Shown here in pieces: positions 13,556 through 23,669 of a DNA stretch of 64,000 nucleotides (the first letter of the stretch is position 1; each line of letters opens with the position of its first letter). The position numbers and the translations under genes were made by a program. The DNA comes from Eggerthellaceae bacterium (GTDB taxonomy: Bacteria; Actinomycetota; Coriobacteriia; Coriobacteriales; Eggerthellaceae): the NCBI GenBank assembly GCA_009782605.1, contig WRIR01000012.1:183-64182 (forward strand). Reading direction: 5' to 3'. The notes beneath the pieces are model-generated. The model was not told the DNA's origin and did no database searches. It worked only from the letters and a program-made list of their open reading frames with translations.

Positions 13556-16063
13556 ATGAAAGTATCACTGAAATGGCTGAAAGAGTACGTGGCGCTGCCC
13601 GACGACGTCAAGGCGCTGTGCGATAGGCTCGACCTGACGGGCACCGGCGTGGAGGCCGTCGAGAAGACAGGCGCGGCCTTCGACAAGATAGTGACGGGGC
13701 GCATCGCCGAGAAGGCCGCCCATCCCGACTCCGACCACCTGTGGGTGACGAAGGTCGATGTGGGAGAGGCGAACCTCGGCGAGGACGGCACCCCCCAGCC
13801 GCTGCAGATAGTCTGCGGCGCGCAGAACTTCGACGCGGGCGACCACGTGGCGGTTGCCTTGGTGGGGGCCGTCTTGCCGGGCGGCGCCCAGATAAAGAAG
13901 TCAAAGCTGCGTGGGGTCACGAGCTGCGGCATGAACTGCTCCGAGCGGGAGCTGGGCTTGGGCGCCGAGCACGACGGCATCATGATCCTCCCTGCGGGAG
14001 CGCCGGTCGGCCTGCCCTTCGCCGACTATATGCAGATGGGCGATGTGGTGCTCGATCTGGAAATCACGCCGAACCGCCCTGACTGCCTGTCCATGGTCGG
14101 CATGGCGCGGGAGATAGGGGCGCTCTACAACGAGGACGTCACCTGGCCGAGCCATGAGCTTGTCGAGGTCGGTGAAGCGGCATCCGACTACGTGACCGTG
14201 GAGGTGGGCGAGGCTGCGCGGTGCCCCCGCTACACCGCCCGCGTCATCAAGGGCGCAACCGTGGGGCCGAGCCCCGACTGGCTTGCCGAGCGCGTGACGG
14301 CGGCTGGGGCACGCCCCATCAACAACGTCGTCGACGTGACGAACTACATCCTGTTCCTCTTCGGACAGCCACTCCATGCCTTTGATTTCGACAGCCTGAA
14401 AAGCCCCGACGGAAAGGCGCACATCGTTGTGCGTCCCGCCGAGGAGGGGGAGCGCTTCACCACGCTTGACGGGGAGGAACGCAGCCTGAAAGGTGACATG
14501 ACCGTGATTGCCACGCCAGAGCGTGCGGTGGCGCTTGCCGGGGTCATGGGCGGCCAAGACAGCGAGGTGACCGAGGCGACGACGACCATCCTTCTTGAGG
14601 CTGCGACCTTTTCGCCTGCGCACACCAGCCGCACGAGCCGCAACCTCGGCCTTATCAGCGAGTCCTCGATGCGCTATGAGCGCGGAGTTGACGACAATCC
14701 TATTGGATTCAACACGGATTTTGCGGCGGCCCTCTTGGCGGAGGTGTCCGGCGGCGAGGTGTGCAGCGGCATCGTGGATGTGTGGCCGGTAAAGACCGAG
14801 CCGGTAAACCTGTTGTTCCACCTTGAGCGCTTCAACGCGATGGTCGGGGCCGACATCCCCCGCGAGTTCGTGTGCGAGACCCTTGCCCGCCTGGGTTGCG
14901 AGGTCGGCGAGGCCCTGGGAGAGCCGGAGTCGGCGGGCGAGCCGGGCAGAGGGCTGCACGGCAAGCAGGCAGAGGTGCTGCGGGTCGTCGCGCCCACCTT
15001 CAGGCCCGACCTTGAGCGCGAGATAGACCTGTTCGAGGAAGTCCTGCGCATCTATGGCATGGACCGCGTCGAGCCGACCCTGCCGGGCGGGCGGGGGCGC
15101 ATCGGCGTGCGCAGCGTCTTTGAGCAGGCCTTGGCCACCGTCCACGCGAGCCTGCGGGCAAGCGGCCTGAACGAGACCATGACCTATTCCTTTGCGGAGC
15201 CGGGCGAGCTCGGGCGCTTGCGCATGGCCGCCGACGAGATGGGCTGTGCGGTCGAGCTCATCAACCCGATAAACGCCGACCAGTCCGTCATGCGCCAAAG
15301 CATCATCCCGGGGCTTTTGAAGTCGGTCGCCTACAACCAGAGCCATGGGGTGAAAAACATCCAGCTCTACGAGGTGGGCGCCGTGTTCTTCGGTGCCGAG
15401 GGCAAAAAGCAGCCGAAGGAGAAGCAGAAGGTGGCAGGCCTTTTTGCCGGTGCGATGGGGGAAGTCGGCTGGAACACGCAACCGGCGGGCTTCGACTTCT
15501 TCGACGGCAAAGGCGCCCTCGAAAACCTCATGCGCGAACTTGCCGTGCCCCGCCTGCGCTTCAAGGCGCTTGAAAGCGCGGAAGCGCCCCACCTGCAGCC
15601 GGGGCGTGCGGCCGCGCTCTGGTCGGGCGGCAGCCTGCTGGGTTGGGTGGGGGAGCTCCACCCGCTTGCGCTTGAGGCCTTCGACGCGGTCGCCCCCGTG
15701 GTCGCCTTCGAGCTCGACCTGGCAGCGCTTGTCAAGGCCGCCCGGCCCGCCCGCGACTACATTGACATCCCCGTATTCCCCGCGGTCACGATGGACGTGG
15801 CCCTGGTGGTCGACGAGGACGTGACCCACGAGCGGCTTTTACAGTGCATGGTGGGTGCGGGCGGGAGCCTCCTTGAGCAGGTGAGCCTCTTCGACGTCTA
15901 CCGCGACGAGCAGCGTGTCGGGCAGGGCAAGAAGTCGATGGCCTACGCGCTCGTGTACCGTGCGGCGGACAGGACCCTCACCAGCGCCGAGGCCGACAAG
16001 GCGCACGAGCGTATCATCAACAAGGTCAAAGGGGCGACCGGCGCAGAGGTTCGCGGCTCGTGA
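13556..16063 (+). CDS. pheT: phenylalanine--tRNA ligase beta subunit
   Basis: MKVSLKWLKEYV start, tRNA-binding OB (HPDSDHLWVTKVDVG..LQIVCGAQN), B3/4 and B5 regions (NNVVDVTNYILF..GQPLHAFD) and a C-terminal FDX-ACB (DVALVVDEDV...FDVY). Confidence 0.95.
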   Translation: MKVSLKWLKEYVALPDDVKALCDRLDLTGTGVEAVEKTGAAFDKIVTGRIAEKAAHPDSDHLWVTKVDVGEANLGEDGTPQPLQIVCGAQNFDAGDHVAVALVGAVLPGGAQIKKSKLRGVTSCGMNCSERELGLGAEHDGIMILPAGAPVGLPFADYMQMGDVVLDLEITPNRPDCLSMVGMAREIGALYNEDVTWPSHELVEVGEAASDYVTVEVGEAARCPRYTARVIKGATVGPSPDWLAERVTAAGARPINNVVDVTNYILFLFGQPLHAFDFDSLKSPDGKAHIVVRPAEEGERFTTLDGEERSLKGDMTVIATPERAVALAGVMGGQDSEVTEATTTILLEAATFSPAHTSRTSRNLGLISESSMRYERGVDDNPIGFNTDFAAALLAEVSGGEVCSGIVDVWPVKTEPVNLLFHLERFNAMVGADIPREFVCETLARLGCEVGEALGEPESAGEPGRGLHGKQAEVLRVVAPTFRPDLEREIDLFEEVLRIYGMDRVEPTLPGGRGRIGVRSVFEQALATVHASLRASGLNETMTYSFAEPGELGRLRMAADEMGCAVELINPINADQSVMRQSIIPGLLKSVAYNQSHGVKNIQLYEVGAVFFGAEGKKQPKEKQKVAGLFAGAMGEVGWNTQPAGFDFFDGKGALENLMRELAVPRLRFKALESAEAPHLQPGRAAALWSGGSLLGWVGELHPLALEAFDAVAPVVAFELDLAALVKAARPARDYIDIPVFPAVTMDVALVVDEDVTHERLLQCMVGAGGSLLEQVSLFDVYRDEQRVGQGKKSMAYALVYRAADRTLTSAEADKAHERIINKVKGATGAEVRGS

Positions 16064-16081
16064 CGCAGTAGAGCCAGGATT

Positions 16082-17005
16082 ATGCAAGAGAGGGCGGCTA
16101 TGACACAGGCAGTTCTGCGGACGCATGCCCTGACAAAGAAATACGGCGGCTCATGTGCGCTCGACGGCGTCTCGCTCGCCGTATACGAGGGCGACATCTA
16201 TGGCCTGGTCGGCCGGAACGGCGCCGGGAAGACCACCTTCTTCAAGTGCGTCATAGGGCTTTGCAGGCCTTCCGCCGGAGAGATCGAGATAGACGGCGAC
16301 ACGGGCAGGCTCAGTGTGTCACGCCGCCGCACGGGCTTCATGATAAGCCCGTCCTTCTTCCCCTACCTGGATCCGCGGGAAAGCCTCGAATACCTCTGCC
16401 GGGTCAAGGGGATAGCGCCTGCGGGGGAGGTTGACCGGCTGCTCGGGCTCGTGGGGCTCGCCGGGGTGAGAAAGCCCTTCAAGTCCTTCTCGCTCGGCAT
16501 GAAGCAGCGGCTCGGCATTGCCGGGGCCCTGCTCGGCTCCCCCTCCCTCGTGGTGCTCGACGAGCCGATCAACGGCCTCGACCCGCAAGGGATCATCGAC
16601 ATGCGCGAGCTCATCAAGAACGTCCATGCCCAGACGGGGGCGACCCTCGTCGTCTCGTCCCACATTTTAAGCGAGCTCGACATGGTGGCGACCCGTTTCG
16701 GCTTCATAGAGCAAGGCGTGCTCCTTAAAGAGATCAGCCACCAAGACCTTCACGCGAGGACGAAGAAGTCGCTGGTCATCGAAGTCGATGACGTCCCGAA
16801 GGCCTGTGCCCTGCTCAACGCGGCGGGCATCGAAGGGATAGCCGCCAAGGGCGACCAGCTGGTCTTGCAGTCCCATCTTGACCGTGCGCCCTGGGTAGCC
16901 CGCATCCTCGTGAGCGGCAACATAGGCTTGAAGGGCCTCCATCGACAGGAGACGACGCTGGAAGAATACTTCATGCAGCTGGTGGGAGGCGGGCACGGTG
17001 ATTAG
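16082..17005 (+). CDS. ABC transporter ATP-binding protein
   Basis: Walker A GRNGAGKTT, signature LSLGMKQRLGIAGAL, Walker B LVVLDEPINGLD and H-loop SSH. The start may be ATG 16100. Confidence 0.9.
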   Translation: MQERAAMTQAVLRTHALTKKYGGSCALDGVSLAVYEGDIYGLVGRNGAGKTTFFKCVIGLCRPSAGEIEIDGDTGRLSVSRRRTGFMISPSFFPYLDPRESLEYLCRVKGIAPAGEVDRLLGLVGLAGVRKPFKSFSLGMKQRLGIAGALLGSPSLVVLDEPINGLDPQGIIDMRELIKNVHAQTGATLVVSSHILSELDMVATRFGFIEQGVLLKEISHQDLHARTKKSLVIEVDDVPKACALLNAAGIEGIAAKGDQLVLQSHLDRAPWVARILVSGNIGLKGLHRQETTLEEYFMQLVGGGHGD

Positions 17006-17726
17006 ACTGATACGCGGGGAGTTCTACCGCCTGCTCCACAAGAAGAGCACCTACCTTTACTTTGCCCTGCTTGCCGTCGGCTACTTCCTGGTTGCCTTCG
17101 TCCGCTCGGGCGGCTTCACCGCCCAGTCGGTGGTGGACGACGCGCTCAATGCCTTCGTCTTCCTGCCGGTGTTGGTCGGGGGCTTCCTGTTCGCCGCAGT
17201 CTACACCGACGACCTCAACGCAAGAAACCTTGCGGTGCTCGTGGGCTTCGGCATCAGCAAGACGAAGGTTGTGCTTGCCAAGCTTGTCTGTGCGGCAGTT
17301 CTCAATGCGGCTGCCTTCGCTCTCGTTCCCCTCTTCCATGTCGCGGTCTATGCGTTGTTCGGGTCGGCAGCGACCACGGATGCCCTTGGTTCGGTTTACG
17401 CCGTTGCCTTCAAGTTCTACCTGACGACCGTGGCATTTTCCGCACTGTCGGGAATCGTGGTATACGGCCTGCAGCGCACGACCTTCGCCGTCGTGGCCTT
17501 CGTCCTGCTTGCCTTCAACGTGGTGAGCGGCCTGGCCGCGAGCCTGTTCGGCCTGATCGACCCGGCTCTCAGGGACCACCTCATACCCGGCATCACCGAC
17601 CGGATTGTATCCGGCGTGGTGTTCGGCAGCCCCGTGGCAGGGGCCCTTGTCGAGTACATCGCGTACGTGGCGTTTGCCGTCGCAGTATCGGCGGTAGTCT
17701 TCCACCGGAAGGAAATGGAGTTTTAG
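16998..17726 (+). CDS. ABC-2 type permease (bacteriocin/lantibiotic-immunity-like)
   Basis: It overlaps the ATPase stop by 8 nt. About six hydrophobic helices with no soluble domain. Confidence 0.7.
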   Translation: MIRLIRGEFYRLLHKKSTYLYFALLAVGYFLVAFVRSGGFTAQSVVDDALNAFVFLPVLVGGFLFAAVYTDDLNARNLAVLVGFGISKTKVVLAKLVCAAVLNAAAFALVPLFHVAVYALFGSAATTDALGSVYAVAFKFYLTTVAFSALSGIVVYGLQRTTFAVVAFVLLAFNVVSGLAASLFGLIDPALRDHLIPGITDRIVSGVVFGSPVAGALVEYIAYVAFAVAVSAVVFHRKEMEF

Positions 17727-17728
17727 CC

Positions 17729-18145
17729 ATGAAGAAGAAACCAGCCCGGTGGGTCGTTTTGGCCCTGGTAGCCGTCATTGTGGTGGCGGGGGCCTTCTGG
17801 GGACGGCAGTATTACGAGGACCGCTACGTGGGGACGGACTTTTACGCCAGGGTGCCGCTTGACTACGACATGGCTTCGGTGTCCGTGCGCAACATGGAGG
17901 GCAAGGAAATAGGGACCGCTGTCGAGTACAACCTGACAGCTTACAACGAGCAGGGCGAGGCCGTCTCCGTCTCGTTTCGGGTGCACGACCCCGACAGCGA
18001 CATCAGTATCGGGGAGGAACAGCCGCAGCCCGGGGACTACCTCCGCCTCAAAGTCAGCAAGCAGCTTGTGATCAGCTGGGAGTTTTTGGATTACGCCGAC
18101 GTGCCAGCCGGCGTGGTGGGTTACGCTGATTTACAATCAACGTAA
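17729..18145 (+). CDS. YxeA-family small membrane-anchored protein
   Basis: N-terminal TM segment WVVLALVAVIVVAGAF, then GTDFYARVP...YNLTAYNEQGE...YLRLKV, the pattern typical of YxeA-like proteins that accompany ABC exporters. Confidence 0.55.
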   Translation: MKKKPARWVVLALVAVIVVAGAFWGRQYYEDRYVGTDFYARVPLDYDMASVSVRNMEGKEIGTAVEYNLTAYNEQGEAVSVSFRVHDPDSDISIGEEQPQPGDYLRLKVSKQLVISWEFLDYADVPAGVVGYADLQST

Positions 18146-18156
18146 CCTGCGGCTTC

Positions 18157-18245
18157 CTGTGGCATCCGGTCTTGCCCCTTTTGCGCTTGCCTTCGCGTAC
18201 CGAAGTACGCTCAGCCGCACAACGGGGCAATCTCGGGTGCCACAG
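18157..18245. terminator. Long imperfect hairpin between convergent genes (possible bidirectional terminator)
   Basis: ctgtggcatccggtcttgcccc (18157-18178) pairs with ggggcaatctcgggtgccacag (18224-18245) at 20 of 22 positions, counting G-U pairs. An inner gcgtac-cgaa-gtacgc hairpin is present. There is no clear U-tract. Confidence 0.35.
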
Positions 18246-18306
18246 AAACCCTCGCTGACTGGCGTGGATCTGGGGGACACAAAGGCTGATCAAGACAGGG
18301 GAGGGC

Positions 18307-18735
18307 TTAGTTGCAAACCTCTACGAGGGTGATCTCGAAGGTCAGGTCCTTGCCTGCCAGCTCGTGGTTCATGTCGAAGATTACCTCGTCTTCGGTCTTC
18401 TCCTTGATGAACACGGGGCAGGGTCGGCCCATGGGGTCGCGCAGGTAGACGGTTTCGCCAACGGGCAGCTCGTCGGCGTTGGGGACCTGTGCGAGCGGGG
18501 CACGCTGGATGAGGTCGGGGTTGTGCTCCCCGTAGGCGTCGGCCGCAGGGATGTGCACCGTCTTCGTCTCGTCGACGGACATGTCTTTGACGGCTGCGTC
18601 GAACCCGGGAATCATCTGGCCGGCGCAGCAGGTGAACTCGATAGGCTCGCCGCGGTCGAGGGATGAGTCGAACTTCGTCCCGTCGTCGAGGGTGCCGGTG
18701 TAATGTGCCTTGACCTTCTTGCCTTCGTTGCTCAT
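18307..18735 (-). CDS. FKBP-type peptidyl-prolyl cis-trans isomerase (SlyD-like)
   Basis: KVKAHYTGTLDDGTKFDSS.DRGEPIEF..G.GQMIPGFD and the insert-in-flap region ending FDMNHELAGKDLTFEITL. Confidence 0.85.
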   Translation of the reverse strand: MSNEGKKVKAHYTGTLDDGTKFDSSLDRGEPIEFTCCAGQMIPGFDAAVKDMSVDETKTVHIPAADAYGEHNPDLIQRAPLAQVPNADELPVGETVYLRDPMGRPCPVFIKEKTEDEVIFDMNHELAGKDLTFEITLVEVCN

Positions 18736-18811
18736 AGAAGGGCTCCTTTCGTAGGTATCCAGTCCAGTCTAGCGGACTTTCCCTCCAAGTTCGATTATGT
18801 TGCAATAACTG

Positions 18812-20158
18812 CTAAATTTTCTCTGCCTCGTCGGCGAGGGTCCTGCGGCGGGAGACGAGGTCGTCGAGCGGGGCAAGGCAGCGGCGGTCCCGGTCGTCTA
18901 ATGCCTCCTTCGCAACTGTCATAAGCCTGTCGGCGACCTCAGCGACCGGCTGCCCGTAGACCTCGGCCTCATAGCCTGCGGCCATGATGCGCTCCTTTGC
19001 CTCGCCGACAGCCCCTGCGTCCACGTCGGCGAAGAGCTCGTCGAGGGCGTCGAGGCTCGCCTCGCTGTAGAAAAGCCCCCTGATGAGCGCCGCATAGGCG
19101 ATAACGAAGGGTATCGGCATCGCGTCGGCCGGCCGGATCTCGATATAGGTCTTGAGGCGGACGTCGTTGAAGAACATGGACAGGGCGTGCTCGACGTCGG
19201 CGCGCTCCATGGCGGTGTCGGCATAGATGTCGCCGAAGGCCTTGTCGGAGTAGCACCATTCCTGGCTGCTGCAGGGGACGAGGATGGCGGGCGTGTCCAG
19301 GACGTATTCGGCATAGCGCTCAAGCGTGAAGTCCCGGTCCATGACGCCGGGCACGAGGCCGCAGCGGTCGGGGTCGCACTCAAGCCATATCTTGGTGCGC
19401 ACGGCCTTGTGCGGCCGCGCCTTCCCCTCGAAGACGGGCGCGTTGTCGGTGATGAGCGAGAAGACGGGCACGCAGGCAAAGGCAAGGCGCAGCTTCCGGA
19501 GGCAGTCCTCGACCGAGGAATAGTCTATCGACACCTGGGTCGAGGCGCTTCCCCGCATCATGCGTGGGCCGAAGGCCCCGATGTCGCCCAGGTAATAGTT
19601 CATGAACTTGTAGCGGCGCTTGGGGATGAGCTCAAGCTCGCTCGCGACGGCGGTGGGGTGGTAGCCGACGAGCAGCGCGCGCTGGCCGACGGGCGCAAGG
19701 AGGCGGGCGAGCTTTTTGCTGAAGGCATCGAAACAGGCCGAGGCCTCGGCGAGGTCGGTGAAGGGGCCCGCCGAGAGCTCAAGCTGGCCGGCGGGCTCAA
19801 GCGTGACGGCCTCGCCGGGCCGCGTGAGGCCCAGTATGTCGCCGTCCGCGTCGCGGATGGCCTGCGGGTAGTCCCCCCGCAGCTGCTCAAGCAGCCAGCG
19901 GACCCCCTGCTCGTCGGTGTAGCCCACGGGCGCGAGGCCCGGGTCGCGCACGATGATGTGCTCAAGCTCGATCCCCAGCTTCTCCGGGTGCGCGGTGATG
20001 CCGCTTTCGAAGCAGGCGACCAAGGCGGCAACGTTGTCTTTTCGGGCGGGCTGGCCCGCGTGCTGGCAGGGCGCCTGGCATGACGGTTGGTCCGACACCC
20101 GGCCCGGCTCCTGGTCCGAGGCCTCGCCTGCAGCGGCTGCTGTTCTCGTGTGATTCAT
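18812..20158 (-). CDS. glutamate--cysteine ligase family protein
   Basis: Motifs: KLGIELEHIIV, VTLEPAGQLELSAGP, IPKRRY..M and MMRGSASTQVSIDY. ATG 20158 follows CAGGAG at good spacing; the ORF extends to 20203. Confidence 0.7.
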   Translation of the reverse strand: MNHTRTAAAAGEASDQEPGRVSDQPSCQAPCQHAGQPARKDNVAALVACFESGITAHPEKLGIELEHIIVRDPGLAPVGYTDEQGVRWLLEQLRGDYPQAIRDADGDILGLTRPGEAVTLEPAGQLELSAGPFTDLAEASACFDAFSKKLARLLAPVGQRALLVGYHPTAVASELELIPKRRYKFMNYYLGDIGAFGPRMMRGSASTQVSIDYSSVEDCLRKLRLAFACVPVFSLITDNAPVFEGKARPHKAVRTKIWLECDPDRCGLVPGVMDRDFTLERYAEYVLDTPAILVPCSSQEWCYSDKAFGDIYADTAMERADVEHALSMFFNDVRLKTYIEIRPADAMPIPFVIAYAALIRGLFYSEASLDALDELFADVDAGAVGEAKERIMAAGYEAEVYGQPVAEVADRLMTVAKEALDDRDRRCLAPLDDLVSRRRTLADEAEKI

Positions 20159-20351
20159 ATAACGGACTCCTGAAAGCGGGTGCAATGCGTCCCATACTAC
20201 CATTACCGAGGGGAAATACCTTCATATTATTGACACTTTGCCGTGATTTTACGATGGCTACCTATTGCCAAATCCCCCATTCTTTCATACGATGATTTGG
20301 GTATTTTGTGAAGAAGGTATTGACGGGGGAAACCCCTCATTAAGGAGCGTG

Positions 20352-21413
20352 ATGAGAAAGGCAGGAATAGTCGGCGCGGCAGGCTTTACGGGGGCCGAGC
20401 TCATGCGGCTTTTGCAGGCGCACCCCGATTTTGAGCTTCATGCCGTCACTTCCGACGCGCTGGCAGGCACCCCGGTGGCATCGGTGAACCCGACCTTTGC
20501 CGGTTCGGGCGGCCTGTGCTTCTCTGCCCACGACGACGCCCGGCTCTTTGAGTGCGACGCGGTCTTCCTCGCGGTCCCCCATACCGTGGCGCTCGACTTC
20601 GCGCCGCGGCTGCTTGCGCACGCGGTCTCGGTGTTCGACCTGTCTGCCGACTACCGCCTGCGCGACCCGGACGCCTATGAGAAGTGGTACGGGAAGAGGC
20701 ACACGTCCCCCGAGCTCTTGGTTTCTGCCGCGTTCGGCCTGCCCGAGCTTTTCCCAGACGGGCTGCTCGACGCACATAGGCGCTGCGCCCAGGGGGAAGC
20801 CGTGCTCGTGGCCTGTGCCGGATGCTACCCGACTGCCTCGACGCTTGCGGCCTTCCCTGCGCTCCAGGCGGGGATCGTCCGTCCGCCTGTCATCATCGAC
20901 GCGATCTCCGGGGTGACCGGCGCGGGGAAGACGGCGAACGAGCGCACTCACTTCTGCTTTGCGAACGAGAGCCTTGAGGCTTACAACATAGGAAAGCACC
21001 GCCACACCCCCGAGATAGAGCAGATACTCGGGCTTCCCGGCCAGGTGGCCTTCACCCCGCACCTGGCCCCCTTGAACCGTGGCCTGCTTGCGACGGTGTA
21101 CCTGCCGCTTGCGCACGACGCCGCCTCGCTCGGCGGCATCGAGGGCATCGGGCAGCTCTACCAGGACTTCTACGAGGGATCCCCCTTCGTCGAAGTGCTC
21201 GGCCAGGGCGTCCTGCCCAAGACCGCGTCGGTGGCGGGAAGCAACCGGGTGCATATCGGGCTCGCCTTGCAGGAGCCCGCCAACATGCTCGTTGCGGTGT
21301 CGGCGATAGACAACCTGTGCAAAGGGGCCTCGGGCCAGGCCGTCCAGTGCGCCAACATTGTGTTCGGGCTGGCAGAGGACCGGGGCCTTGCGGCCTTGGC
21401 CTGCTATGTGTAA
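20352..21413 (+). CDS. argC: N-acetyl-gamma-glutamyl-phosphate reductase
   Basis: AAGGAG before ATG 20352. Motifs: GIVGAAGFTGAELMRLL, active-site region ACAGCYPTA and ISGVTGAGK. Confidence 0.93.
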   Translation: MRKAGIVGAAGFTGAELMRLLQAHPDFELHAVTSDALAGTPVASVNPTFAGSGGLCFSAHDDARLFECDAVFLAVPHTVALDFAPRLLAHAVSVFDLSADYRLRDPDAYEKWYGKRHTSPELLVSAAFGLPELFPDGLLDAHRRCAQGEAVLVACAGCYPTASTLAAFPALQAGIVRPPVIIDAISGVTGAGKTANERTHFCFANESLEAYNIGKHRHTPEIEQILGLPGQVAFTPHLAPLNRGLLATVYLPLAHDAASLGGIEGIGQLYQDFYEGSPFVEVLGQGVLPKTASVAGSNRVHIGLALQEPANMLVAVSAIDNLCKGASGQAVQCANIVFGLAEDRGLAALACYV

Positions 21414-21426
21414 GGATGCGCAGAGG

Positions 21427-22725
21427 ATGACGGCGACCAGGAAAACGACAAGGGCCACCGAGGCGCTACGGGCGCCCTACCGTGTAGTCGAAGGCGGCGG
21501 CGTCGCATCTGCGCGGGGCTTTTCCGCGGCGGGTATCCATGCCGGCTTCAAGAAGGAGGCCGAAAGCCTCGACCTGGCGCTCGTCCTCGCGGATGCGGCC
21601 TGCCCGACAGCGGCGGTGTTCACGAAGAGCGTCTTCTGCGCGGCACCGGTGCTCGTGTCCCGCGAACACCTCGGCACAGCATCCTTCGGCCATGCGCGGG
21701 CCATCCTCATGAACTCGGGCAACGCCAACGCCTCGACAGGGCAGCCGGGCATCGAGTACGTGCGCGAGAGCACCCGGAAGGCCGCCGAGGCAATCGGCTG
21801 TGAGCCCCGCGAGGTGCTTATGGCCTCCACGGGCGTCATCGGGGTCTTTATGCCGCCCGGCCCCCTCGAAGAGCATATAGCCCCCCTGCTGGGCTGCGCC
21901 TCGCACGCAGGCGGCCATGCGGCCGCCCGGGCCATAATGACGACCGACACCCATCCGAAGGAGTGCGCGGTCTCATACGTGAGCGCCGACCCCGCATACG
22001 AGGGCAGGGAGTTCACGGTTGGGGGCATGGCCAAGGGCTCGGGCATGATAATGCCCGACATGGCGACGATGCTTGCGGCCCTTACGACCGACGCCCCGCT
22101 CGACCCGGCGCTCGCCTACTGGGCGCTCAAGGCGGCGGCCGACACGAGCTTCAACAAGGTCACGGTCGACTCGGACACGTCCACCAACGACAGCTGCTTC
22201 CTCATGGCAAGCGGCCAGGCCGCGCCTGCTGCGGACGGCTTCGCCCCCTTTGCGGAAGGCTCGCCCGCCTACTGCGAGCTCGCAGGCGCCCTTGAGGCGG
22301 TCTGCATCAGCCTCGCACGCCAGATAGCCGCAGACGGGGAAGGGGCGACCCGCCTCGTGACCGTCAACCTCAGGGGTGCTGCGGACGAGGCCGATGCGGA
22401 CAGGGCCGCCCGCGCGATAGCGAACTCCCCGCTTGTGAAGACCGCGGTGTTCGGCCACGACGCCAACTGGGGGCGCATTGCCATGGCAGTCGGCAAGTCC
22501 GGCGCGCGCTTTCGCCAAGAGGACGTCGTGATAGACCTCATGGGCCTGCCTGTCTGCCAAGGCGGGCTGTCGGTGGCCTTTGACGAAAAGGAGGCGCTGC
22601 GGCGCTTCGAGGCGCCCGAGGTCGTCATCGACGTCGACCTGGGTGCCGGTCCTGCGGCTACCACCGTGTGGACCTGCGACCTGACGCACGGTTACGTCAC
22701 GATAAATGGAGATTACCGGACATGA
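21427..22725 (+). CDS. argJ: bifunctional glutamate N-acetyltransferase / amino-acid acetyltransferase
   Basis: Motifs: GF.AAGIHAG.KK, NSGNANA, autoprocessing site ATMLAALTTDA, DSDTSTND, GEGATRL and the C-terminal TCDLTHGYV.INGDYRT. Confidence 0.93.
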   Translation: MTATRKTTRATEALRAPYRVVEGGGVASARGFSAAGIHAGFKKEAESLDLALVLADAACPTAAVFTKSVFCAAPVLVSREHLGTASFGHARAILMNSGNANASTGQPGIEYVRESTRKAAEAIGCEPREVLMASTGVIGVFMPPGPLEEHIAPLLGCASHAGGHAAARAIMTTDTHPKECAVSYVSADPAYEGREFTVGGMAKGSGMIMPDMATMLAALTTDAPLDPALAYWALKAAADTSFNKVTVDSDTSTNDSCFLMASGQAAPAADGFAPFAEGSPAYCELAGALEAVCISLARQIAADGEGATRLVTVNLRGAADEADADRAARAIANSPLVKTAVFGHDANWGRIAMAVGKSGARFRQEDVVIDLMGLPVCQGGLSVAFDEKEALRRFEAPEVVIDVDLGAGPAATTVWTCDLTHGYVTINGDYRT

Positions 22726-23669
22726 AATACGCAAAGGATACCAGGCCGGCGGGCCACAAGGACGATACTGCGGAAGTCATTATCGAGGCGCTTCCCTGGA
22801 TCAAGAACGTCACCGGCAAGACCGTCGTCATCAAGTACGGCGGCTCTGCCATGGTGGACAAGGAGCTGCAAGACCACGTCGTGAGCGATATCGTCTTGCT
22901 GAAGATCATCGGCGTGAACGTCGTCATCGTCCACGGCGGCGGCCATGCCGTTACCGAAATGATGCAGCGCCTGAGCATGCCGGTGGAGTTCAAAGGCGGC
23001 CTGCGGGTCACTTCCGACGCAGGCATGGAGGTCACCAAGATGGTGCTCGTCGGCAAGGTCAACCAAGAGCTGGTCGAGGCCGTCAACGAGCACGGGAACC
23101 TTGCGGTCGGGGTGTCGGGCAGCGATGCCGGAACCATCCAGGCCCGGCAATACGACCCGGAACTGGGGCGTGTCGGCACGATAAGCGGCATCAGCTCGAC
23201 CTACCTTGAGGACCTGATCGCCGCCGACTACATCCCGGTCGTCGCGTCCATCGCGCGTGGCGAGGACGGGGGCTTCTACAACGTGAATGCCGACATGGTG
23301 GCCGGGGAGGTCGCCGCAACGCTGGGCGCACACAAGATAATCTTCCTGACCGATGTCGACGGCCTCTTCGAGGACTTCGACGACAAGGACAGCCTCATCT
23401 CGAACCTGACCCTGTGCGAGGTGAAGGCCATGCTTGAGGACGGGTCGGTCTCGACGGGCATGATCCCCAAGTTGAAGGCCTGCATCAGCGCCCTTGAGGC
23501 CGGCGTGTTCCGCACCCACATCATCAACGGCACGGTGCCGCATTCGCTGCTCTTGGAGCTCCTGACCAATATCGGCATCGGGACCACTATGCATTCCACG
23601 GATGAGGCCTGCGTTTTCGATGCTCATCCTCTTGGTAATTTCGCTTCAAAACTTTTTGAGAACAGGTGA
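22722..23669 (+). CDS. argB: acetylglutamate kinase
   Basis: ATGA overlap with the argJ stop. Motifs: GKTVVIKYGGSAM, VIVHGGG, NVNADMVAGEVA and FLTDVDG. Confidence 0.93.
   Translation: MKYAKDTRPAGHKDDTAEVIIEALPWIKNVTGKTVVIKYGGSAMVDKELQDHVVSDIVLLKIIGVNVVIVHGGGHAVTEMMQRLSMPVEFKGGLRVTSDAGMEVTKMVLVGKVNQELVEAVNEHGNLAVGVSGSDAGTIQARQYDPELGRVGTISGISSTYLEDLIAADYIPVVASIARGEDGGFYNVNADMVAGEVAATLGAHKIIFLTDVDGLFEDFDDKDSLISNLTLCEVKAMLEDGSVSTGMIPKLKACISALEAGVFRTHIINGTVPHSLLLELLTNIGIGTTMHSTDEACVFDAHPLGNFASKLFENR

Noticed and set aside
13901-15829. 642-aa ORF antisense to pheT
   Set aside because: It is a shadow ORF opposite a gene with clear pheT motifs.
20204-20351. ARG-box operators upstream of argC; also gtgaatttcac at 25957-25967 upstream of argR
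   Set aside because: Only weak partial palindromes are present (ttcatattattgaca; gtgaa-t-ttcac). There is no convincing pair of 18-bp ARG boxes, and the actinobacterial consensus cannot be verified by eye.
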